This document shows, piece by piece, positions 54,150-64,000 of a stretch of 64,000 nt of DNA. The DNA is from Eledone cirrhosa (lineage: Eukaryota): NCBI GenBank assembly GCA_964016885.1, contig OZ024747.1:23188001-23252000 (forward strand), given 5' to 3'. Under the pieces are notes generated by a model. It was not told the DNA's origin and did not search any database. It saw only the letters and a list, made by a program, of their open reading frames with translations. A program made the translations under genes and the position numbers. Positions within the stretch are counted from its first letter, which is position 1; each line of letters begins with the position of its first letter.

Positions 54150-54616
54150 ATTACACTCTGCTTAATACAACACCAATATACCTACTGGAAACTACACATC
54201 GAGTGCTTATTCTGGTGAACCTACAGTTACTGAACGTTCCAATCCCTATATATATATATCATTTAATGACAAGATCTACCCTGTCATTTTCTCATTAGTC
54301 TTCCTCTATTAGTATATATCACCACCTTTCATACCATCATAGTCAATATTCCCATGCAAATCAGCTGATGATTTTGATACTCTCTTTTCATTTAACCTTC
54401 CACCTTTTATGCAGGGTGACATTGCACATCCAACAGTTCATACTAAACTCTTTGCTTCACAGAACTTTACAAATATTCTTACATTCAACACCCATGTTTT
54501 GCTAATGCAACTTCAAATTGCTTACACATGTTCCATACAGTTTACTCTTTCATAGAGGCAGGAAATTGGCAGAGTTGTTAGAATGTCTGCACTAGCATTT
54601 TGTAATATTTCAGTGT

Positions 54617-55430
54617 CTACTGTATACTCCAGTGGAACTCTGAGAATGTCATGCAGACAACATCAGTGAAAATGTTCAAGTAGTTTAATGATAAACAACT
54701 CAGAATAGACAGAACACATGCATTGTATACTGCAAATTTTTGTCTCTTTTCTAATTCCCTTCCAGCTCCAAAGACATTCTTGCAAAAGAATCTGTTGCTA
54801 GTTTTGATAAGGGAGGCTATTTCATCATCTAATGTGCAATATTGGTTAATTGTACTTCCCAGGTATGGAAACTTATGGACTACTTTGAGTTTTTGTCCAT
54901 CTATGTGAATGGCTGGTTCTATATAAGGATATCCTGGAGCAGGTTGAAATATTACTACAGTTTTATTGTGGCTAATAGTTAATCCAAATTTCATGAACAG
55001 GATTGTCTATTAATGAAGTTTTGCATATCTGTGAGTGAATGGGCAACTAAATTGCAGTCATCAGCTTAATAAAGATCATGAATAAGAGTTTGGAGAACTT
55101 TAGTCTCTGCAGCAAAGAACCTGATGTTGAAAAGCTTTCCGGAAGAGCAATACCTTATGAAGATGCCTTCATTTTAGTCCTTAAAGGTATCAATAAGAAA
55201 CATAAAGATAAAGGTAGAAAAAATAGTAGGAGCCATGAGATCACCCTGCTTAACATCATTTTAAACTTTGAATGGCTCTGAAATGATGTCATCAATATTT
55301 ACCCAGGCCTTCTTGTTGTTATGAAAGGATTTGATTATATCAGCAAAGTGTTCTAGATACCCTCACCTAAGAAAGATCTTTCATAGAGAAGCTCTGTTCA
55401 TCGTATCAAAGGCTTTTGTTAAAAGCATGC
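54617..55430 (-). mobile_element. decayed RTE-like LINE reverse-transcriptase fragment
   Basis: FGLTISHNKTVV...LKVVHKFPYLGSTI motif; upstream minus-strand remnants of (Y)ADDC and LTKAFD. Confidence 0.8.
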
Positions 55431-55726
55431 ATACATAGATTTTCATGGAAAGAAAAACGTTTTTGTTGCTAAGGTGTTAACTCACTGCACTTCTTCTACT
55501 CATTTGCTATCTATCCTTGCAACTACTTTCATCAGTAATTAGGTTACCTAGATAACTGACGCTACATCTAGTGCATTTTGTGAGCAGTTCATGAAGTTCA
55601 CTTTGTGAGTCCTCCTATTGTTAATTCTTTTAATCCTTTCATTACTGTATTTCTAATGAAAAGCATTGCCTGTGTGTTTCAAATTTTGAAAATAACCAAA
55701 CATTTGGAGAAATTTCATAAAATAAC

Positions 55727-55920
55727 TACCATATATACTCAAATATAAGCCAACCCCCTATTTTATGCCTGAAAAATAGGCAGAAAATCCAAACCTTGTT
55801 TATAAGCTGAGACAGGTAATCAACACACTATATTTAGATGGTGTGATTTTGAAATTCTCATGAGGGAAGAATATATTTTAGAATTTAAAAAGAAATGTTT
55901 TAAGTGTCATTTTGAGTATA
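55727..55920 (+). mobile_element. possible pogo/Tigger-like DNA transposon end
   Basis: TACCATATATACTCAAATATAAGCCAACCCC resembles pogo-type TIRs; the matching end was not found. Confidence 0.4.
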
Positions 55921-56052
55921 GTTTTTGTTTTACAACTCCATTTTTTAAACCAATTTATGACTGATTTGAAGATCATATTCATTCAAACTTATCAAAAGCA
56001 ATAGGAAATATAAATATTTTAGCACCTCATTTACATAGAATTTTAACATCAG

Positions 56053-56089
<37 letters not shown>

Positions 56090-56439
56090 TAGATAGATAA
56101 ATCTACCAAAATATATGGTAGTGTCCAATCTGTATGATTATACATCCCAGAAACGATTGTAAAATGATGAATTTATTAATATAAAGAACTTGTTCTTTGT
56201 GTTTATTTCATTGTTTTTATTAATTTTTATATATATATTACCCACACTATACCGTTTATCTACTAATTAACAAATTGTGTCCACTCTGAGTTTATTTATA
56301 CTTACAACATATGATTTTTGTAAATTCATTGAAGGAGTAGCTAGTGGCCAGAGCTTGACAGATGATAAACGCAAAGTTTCATTAAACTTTATATATATAT
56401 TTATATATATATACACGTACACACACACATATTCATTTA

Positions 56440-56494
<55 letters not shown>

Positions 56495-57162
56495 ATACAT
56501 GAATAGTATAGAATAACCAAAATGTTGGGTAAAAAGTCTTCTGTTTTAATTGCTGCTTGGAATAATGACATTTGTAATATCTAATTTGTCTGAGACCTTG
56601 ACTGACCATTCAAAAGATAATGGTTTCTGCCTGCTTTACTGGAACAAGATACACTGCACAGTCTACAGAGATACTGAATGGGATGTGGGGCATTTTCTTA
56701 TTGGAGGTTTGTCTTCTGGGGGTGTCTGTTAGAGGTTAATGTTGTTTATTGATCTGGTTTAAACTATTGTGCATCAAACATCAGGTGCCATAAATTATCA
56801 TCATCATCATCACCATCGTCAATGTTTTAGCATTCACTTTTCCATGCTGGTAGTGGTAACACAGGTATACAGTATGGCATATCAATGAATCCTCTCAGTC
56901 CTGTAAGAACTTGTGAGACTCAACATCCTGAGATCATACCTCACCACTACCCCATGAACTCAATTCTAACCAGTGAGTTATAATATTTCATTTGATTTGA
57001 TGAATGTTGTCTTCCCTAATCCATAAGAAAATACCATAAAATTCTATCATATATCATGTTTCATGCTATTTTCTTATTGTTTCTTTATTAACTGTTATGA
57101 ATTATTCAGAGGAGTGGCACCACTTATAACTATTATAGGTTTTACAGAACCATACATAGACC

Positions 57163-57391
57163 TTAACCCTTTAGCATTTAAACCGGCCGTATCCAGCCAG
57201 AATTCTTTCACCTCTTTCTGTTCAAACCAGCTGTAACTTGCCACTTATACCTGCATTAAGGTATTGTTCTCAAAATAAATAACATCAAAATCTCATAGAT
57301 TCGATATTATGTGAGATAATTATGTAAAATAAAGCCTTTACTGTGAAAATACAATAGTATATATAGAGTAATGTAAATGCTAAAGGGTTAA
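57163..57391. mobile_element. TTAA-flanked MITE family A copy
   Basis: TTAACCCTTTAGCATTTA ... TAAATGCTAAAGGGTTAA perfect TIR. Confidence 0.8.
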
Positions 57392-57707
57392 AGAGAATCA
57401 GTCATGATTGAAAGGTAAAGATGACCAAGACAATATCTGATGTGATAATGAATAAACTCTTACAATTTCTTATTGTTTTCTCCATGGCCAGGCCTTTATA
57501 GGTGGACTTAAAATTAGTTTCAGCAATGCTTGAAAGTATACATACACATGCATACATCCACATATATACAACTTTGACATATATATTTATATATACATGC
57601 ATGCACACATATACACAGGTGTGGATACAAATGAAAGAAAAGGGCAATCAACACATAATGGAAATTTAGGGTATTTATAATACCAGTTTGATTAATTTCT
57701 GCTTTAC

Positions 57708-58000
57708 CAGTTGTTTTAAGACATAAACACATCTATCTCTTCAGAGGTCTGGAAATATGTAAAAAACAAACAAACAAGCTTAGAGGTATGTTGTTAACGG
57801 CTTCCATTGGTTAGTTCAGATCACATAGTGGTGTTGATAAATCAACAACATCAGTTGAATACAGCATCATGTGATCTGAACTAACCAATGGAAAGCCTTA
57901 ACATACCTCTAAGCTGCAACGCTCCATCTTGTTTTGTCTTTTGTTTTACACATTTCCAGACATCTGAAGAGATAGGTGTGTTTATATTTTGAAACGACTG
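57708..58000. repeat. fold-back element (~120-bp imperfect arms)
   Basis: CCATTGGTTAGTTCAGATCACAT vs ATGTGATCTGAACTAACCAATGG; TATCTCTTCAGA vs TCTGAAGAGATA. Confidence 0.8.
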
Positions 58001-59073
58001 CTAGTATATATACATATATACTTTTCATCTTTGACTTATTTATTTCCCAAATAAATAATATTTCAGATTTCCACTAATCCTATTCTTTCTGAGTATATAC
58101 TAAAAGATTAACTATTTGCTGTGTCTTTCTTCTCTTTTCCTTTCCATCATTTTTGTACTAATATATACTCACATGTATGATTTGAATCAATTCATTTTTG
58201 GGTATGATCAAACAACTGTATATAGTTGTCCAGTTCCATTGAATTGCTTGCAACCTGACGTAAAACATTAATAATTTTCACATTGAAAGCATCTCTAGTT
58301 TCTAATAACTCATTTGACATTGCATTAAGTGGCAGTGTTATTCATTAAATTACCTTGTTATATATCGGGTCTTACATTTCTAATTAGTCTCTGTTTTATT
58401 TCATTTTAATTCTTTCTTTTTCATTTTGTATTTCATTCTTTGTATTTTTTGTATTTTTCTGATATTCTAGAAAATTTTTTTTGTTTATTTGATCTGTACA
58501 TATACTTATCTTTAAAACTTATCACATAATTTCTTACTGAGTAAATTATCTGCTGAAAATATATACTCTTTTCTTCTGCATTTAAAGGCTTTCTTATAGC
58601 TTCTAAAAACTATTTCAATAATATCCTGTCAACTACTTTTAGCAAACTCTGTGTGATTTGTGATCTATTATTTGAAGAAAACTATTGTCAGACAATATAT
58701 TATTTACATCATTTTTTTTACCTGCCAGTATTATCTGAACTGCCTCTCCAATAATTTTACTTAACAATTAATATAACATTAATATCAAAATCATTATTTA
58801 TAATTATATTAATATAAATTTATATTTTTTGATCTTATGATTATGCCAAATGAGTAAAAAAAATTTCAAATCTAATTTTGAATTCTGCATATTTAGAACA
58901 CCCATATTTAATGGAGTGTCAGGAAATGGTTGAGTTAACCATTGCAGAATTTTAATTTACTTAAATATTTTGTTTTCTTTTATTTTTCTGGTATTTCTCT
59001 TTGAATCTCTCTCTCTCTCCCTCTCTCTCATTTCTCTCTCTCCTCCTCTCTCTTTCTCTCATTTCTCTCTTTC

Positions 59074-59167
<94 letters not shown>

Positions 59168-59384
59168 CAAATGTAAAGGTAAGATTATTATACCCTGAAG
59201 GTTTGTTAGAGACATCATTCACTGAGACCTATGCTATTTACATATAGAGCCTATCACAAGCTTTTAATTTGTTTGTTTTTTCTTTTTGATTTTTTTCCCC
59301 ACTTCTGACTCTAATACAATCTAAAAGGAAATGATTATCACTGTTATCATATAGCAGTGGACTAGCATTATTGATATAGCACTG

Positions 59385-59552
59385 GGCGGTGGATTGGCAG
59401 TATCGGTAGAGGGTCGGACGCTATGCTTTACGGTCGAGTTCAAATCCCACCGAGGTTAACTTTGCCTTTCATCCTTACGGGGGTCGATAAGATAAAGTAC
59501 CAGTAATGTACTGGGTAATTGCTGGCCTTGTGCCAAAAGTAGAAACAATTAT
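59385..59552 (+). mobile_element. tRNA-derived SINE (main family) with imperfect target-site duplication
   Basis: ATTATTG.TA.AGCACTGGG on both sides; internal deletion relative to the 59931 copy. Confidence 0.8.
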
Positions 59553-59930
59553 TGGTAGAGCACTGGGGACATAGTACATTCTAGTATTTAGTTGTAACTT
59601 TTTATCTTTAGACTTTAAATCCGACCAACTTTGCCTTTCATCATTCCAGGGTTAATAAAATAGAATACCAGTTAATTACTGGGTTAATATAATCAACTAC
59701 ACCCTTCCCTCCCACATTGCTAGCCTTGTGCCAATTTTAGAAAGAATTATTACTGTTATCATTATTCATGTTGTTGTTATTTATGATTTGAGAGACATCA
59801 AAAGTTTCCTATTTTATATCACACATGATTAGTTATATCGGGAAAGCTATGTATACAAATATTTAAGGGTAACAGATGCTTAGTGAGAAATCTGACTGTT
59901 TTTATAGATCCTGGTAATATTATCTTCTAG

Positions 59931-60110
59931 GTGGATTGGCAGTATCGGTAGAGGGTCGGACGCCATGCTTTCCAGCATAGTTACGTCTCTTTACGATCTG
60001 AGTTCAAATCCCGCCGAGGTTGACTTTGCCTTTCATCCTTACGGGGTCGATAAAATAAAGTACCAGTAATGCACTGGGTAATTGCTGGCCTTGTGCCTAA
60101 AGTAGAAACA
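59931..60110 (+). mobile_element. young full-length tRNA-derived SINE with 12-bp TSD
   Basis: TSD ATTATCTTCTAG at 59919-59930 and 60111-60122; B-box GAGTTCAAATCC; CpGs retained. Confidence 0.9.
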
Positions 60111-61938
60111 ATTATCTTCTAGAATATAGCTATTGTCTATCTTTATAGGTAATAACTAACATCTCATAGAATTGATAGTGTATCATTTTAGTTGTATTAA
60201 TTACAGATGGATTTCTTACATTCTATAATGTTTTCAGTAAATAAGTCTGTGAAATTACTTAGTTTCTCAGTTTATCTCTGCACAATGTTATAATCATTTA
60301 GTATTATTATATCATGGATTGGCAGTATTGGTAGAGCGTCGTGCACAATGCTTTGAGGCATAGAGTTAGGGCTCTTTACATTCTGAGATCAAATTCAGCC
60401 TTGGTTAGTTTTGTCTTTCATCCTTATGGGGTCGATAAACTAAAGTACCAGTAATGCACTTGAGTCAATTTAATCGACTTTCCCCTCCCCCAAAATTGTT
60501 GGCCTTGTGCCTAAATCAGAAACCATTATATCAATTATTAATTTATTAAGGCCATTTTTGTTATAAAAAGTATGTAAGATTTCTTGTGTGCTAGCTGGCA
60601 ATCTATCTAGATGTTTTTTAGAATCTTTCATAGGTATTTTTTCAAGATAGTCGGGAGCTTCATTTGTATTCTCTAGAAGTTTTTCTTTAAGGTGTTGAAA
60701 CTGGTTAACCAAGCATAAATGGAACAGATGTATCTTTAAGTAAATTTGGAAAGTGCTAAAATTTAGACATCCTGATATATTATGGTAAAGTACACTATCA
60801 TTCTGGTAAATAGACTACATAGGCAACATTTGTTAAAGAAATCATTTTATAGGAATTACAGATATTTCTCTCAGTGTACTCATAAGTACACAGTGGCTAT
60901 GAATGCGGCACAAGAAATGGGGAGGAATCAGGGCTCTGGGAGTTTTGCAATTTAAACTTAAGGAAACTGGCCAACCATTTGACTAATTACCAATAGAGCC
61001 AGCATAGGTAGAGAGGTGTTTTTAGTTTTGCAAAGGACATGTGTTGATATAACATGTCTCTCCTTCAGATTCATTAGAACTAACATAAAACTAAGCACAA
61101 TAACTTATTTATAGAAAGTGAGTTAGAACAGTTATAAAAAGATGGTTTAATCCAGCCATGTCATCCCTCGGGTGAGTACAAATTGGAAGAAGAAACTACT
61201 GGCAGTGGATTGATGGATTGCACCAACCTGCCCCCCCCCCCCCCCCCCGACACTTTTCAATGGTACAATCTCAGATTTAGAAATATAATAGGCTTATCCC
61301 AAAATTCTGCCTTAAAATTATTGTGAATTAGAAAGTTCTGAAGTCCCTCTCCCCCGAGCAACAAAAAGCCTGGCAATGGGGCCAAATATATTTAGTACCA
61401 GCATAACATAACTCCAGAAATTTACAGGTTGTGTCTATTGGAAGAGATATTTCTCAAATCTACGAGAAAGCTAAGGAACAGAAGGGTGTGGGGGACTAAA
61501 GGTGGTCGCTCATGAGTTATTTAAAGGATCTTTTCTGCTTTTAGAATTATTGGGAAATATGGATTTGAAGCATTTGTTTCTTTTTTTTTTTTTTTTTTTT
61601 TAGGGTATATTAATTTTTAAGTTTTTCTTTGAAATTTGAACTTATATTTCATACAAAACTAGTAAGTTAGGCCCAATAATGGGCTGTTGTTTATATTTTA
61701 GAACTTTTGAGATTATATTCTAGAACTTGTCTCGGGTAATATTTCAGTAACCTCTGTTTTATTGTAGGGATTTCACAGATTGTAGTCACCATTTTGTTTC
61801 ACTACAAGTGATTATAGATGACAATAAAGACACAGTATCATTGTACTAAGTATCCTTTGACATACTCCTACTTACTTCACCTATCATTATTTTTCATTTT
61901 ATATATTTGTTTTATTTTCTTCTTTATTTTGTTTCTAG

Positions 61939-62081
61939 ATGGCCCATTTTGTTTTTGTTCCAATGCCAATAACAATACATACTGGTGTATTCGAACAGTT
62001 AATGAAACCCACAACTTCCTCTATTGTGAATTTATTACTGGTTTTATCAGTTATTATAACATGCTTGAAGATCCATATCAG
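61939..62081 (+). CDS. SULF1: SULF-like exon: (Y)[47 protein letters not shown]
   Basis: ttctag acceptor, CAG|gtagag donor, phase 1-0; near-identical to the conserved SULF C-terminal [23 protein letters not shown] motif. Confidence 0.97.
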
Positions 62082-62964
62082 GTAGAGGGATTAAAGTTTT
62101 TGTTTGTCATTTTATTATGGAATGAAAATGTTATTTAACTTTTAACACCTTGTACTACATGAAACTACATTAACAAGACATTCTCTAAAAGTACAAAACA
62201 TCAGTGAGTGAGTGAGTGGGTGAGTGAGTGAGTGAGTGAGTGGGTGGGTGGGTGGGTGAGTGGGTGGGTGGGTGAGTGAGTGATACATACATACATACAT
62301 ACATGGTGGCTGCCAACTCGTTTTCGAGTACGGCCACTACTTTATATCCATGTAGGAGAACCCCTACCGATGCGCTGAACGAATGTGACTTTTTAGTCCA
62401 GCCAGCGACTTGAAAACTCTGGTACAAAGACTACACTTGTGACCATTATTGACACATAGTGCTGGGCCCATGGTACCATGTGATGACAAGTGCAGAGAGA
62501 TCTCCAGATATAAAGCAATGCCTGTGCTGTGAAGCTTTTATAGTGAGCAAAGGCACTGCACAAAGCCAGTCCCACTCTCTTAACCAAGATGATATTTACC
62601 AAAAAGAAGAACAAGTCAACATCATTGGATACCATCAGGGTTGCAGGTGTTATATCAGAGTTTTCCTTCTCCTAGAATTCTGCCTTGACAAAGGCTAAGG
62701 GGTCATCTCTCCCGGTGATTTTGGATGGCTATTGAGTCTTAAGAGCTCCCTTGCCCTTTGACAGGTTTTGTTTTTAGTCCTGCAGGATGTCCAAAGTCAC
62801 CCTCCTCACCAAGAAACCTTGGTGGGGTTGCCAGTTTAGTCGCCAACGACCCGACCATGAGACAGGTTGTACTGGGATACATGTTACCAGTAGCACCAAC
62901 TGGTGACCTGACATAATACATACATACATACATACATACATACATACATACATACATACATACA

Positions 62965-62995
<31 letters not shown>

Positions 62996-63250
62996 TATTC
63001 AAAACATTGATTTGTGGATGTGAAAGTTGAACATCATTATCCATCATTTTAATGTAAAGATCTCTCTTCTCTCTCTCTCTCTCTCTCTCCTTATCTTTCT
63101 CCCTCTCACCCTGTCTTTCCTCTCGGTGAAATCGGCTGTGTTTGGACCTGGAGAGGGCATGGGCTCTGCCAGGTTTAAAATGTACGTCACTACAGTATTC
63201 CTATGACTTCATCAGAAGTCATAGGCGTACTGTTCCCCCCCCCCCCACCC

Positions 63251-63304
<54 letters not shown>

Positions 63305-63338
63305 AAGACATCTCTTAATCTGGTAACTTTTGTTTCAG

Positions 63339-63456
63339 TTGAAGAATAGCATCCATGAAATAAATTATGGAGTATTACAACAACTACATGCCAATTTAGA
63401 AAAGCTCAGAAAATGCAAAGGTGCTAAGGAATGCAGTTATGATTATCTTGATGAAA
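63339..63456 (+). CDS. SULF1: SULF-like exon: LKNSIHEINYGVLQQLHANLEKLRKCKGAKECSYDYLDE
   Basis: tttcag acceptor, A|gtaagt donor, phase 0-1; matches SULF L.N.V......L.QLH..L..LR.C.G...C; no stop codon, so the gene continues past the window. Confidence 0.93.
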
Positions 63457-63544
63457 GTAAGTGTGACTTGAGTAATCACATTTTAATATTCTGTTTTATT
63501 ATCATGTCAGAAAAAAATTATATTAACCCTTTTGATACAAAGAT

Positions 63545-63725
63545 TGACTGGGTGCTTTACATCATGGCACCAGCACTACTACCTTATAGGATGGACTGGG
63601 TGTTTTTCCTCATGGCAGCAGCACTACCACCTTACAAGGTGGACTGGGTACTTTTCATCATGGCACCAGTACTACCACTTTATAGGGTGGACTGAGTGCT
63701 TTACATCATGGTACCAGCACTACCT
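63545..63725 (-). repeat. short ~40-bp tandem array related to the 45-bp LINE-tail unit
   Basis: GACTGGGTG...CATGGCACCAGCACTACC repeated 4-5 times; similar array at ~27320-27540. Confidence 0.65.
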
Positions 63726-64000
63726 GTAAACAACAATCCATTTGTAATAATTGTTTTCTAAGTATCAGAATATCTTTGGAATTTATGTTTTTGTTTTTAC
63801 ACATTAGAACCCAATGTTCTTGTTTGATAACTAAATCCAATTTTTATTTATCCTCTACTAAAAAGCATGTTGGTCTGTAAAGTTGTTGTATTGTTGTTTA
63901 AGTAACTTATGTGGCCTTTTGTTGTTGAATTCTCAGATCATTATTTTATCAGTTTATAAATTAGTTAAGATGGGAGAAACATGAGAGGACTGGGCTAAAT

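Overview
AT-rich, microsatellite- and transposon-laden eukaryotic (animal) genomic DNA; the repeat landscape suggests an octopus/cephalopod (inference). The only host gene I can support is the 3' half of a + strand extracellular heparan-sulfate 6-O-endosulfatase (SULF1/SULF2-type) gene. Seven short GT-AG exons (8778-8894, 21069-21229, 34219-34379, 35150-35367, 51421-51561, 61939-62081, 63339-63456) have compatible phases and encode the hydrophilic domain and C-terminal region; the gene continues beyond both window edges. The most notable observations: (1) a diverged duplicate of the exon ending in C-x(5)-C...DN.HWKTPP.W, with a second 5' splice site in the upstream exon that would allow frame-preserving either/or/both use; (2) minimal type-I hammerhead ribozyme motifs in (TA)n-embedded repeats, one with a compensatory U3:A8 core; (3) a U6 snRNA-derived fold-back element; (4) several long, near-perfect intronic palindromes made from SINEs. 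The rest is tRNA-derived SINEs, RTE-type LINE remnants, TTAA-flanked MITEs, mariner/hAT/pogo relics and mini/microsatellites. Most ORFs in the supplied track are simple-repeat artefacts.
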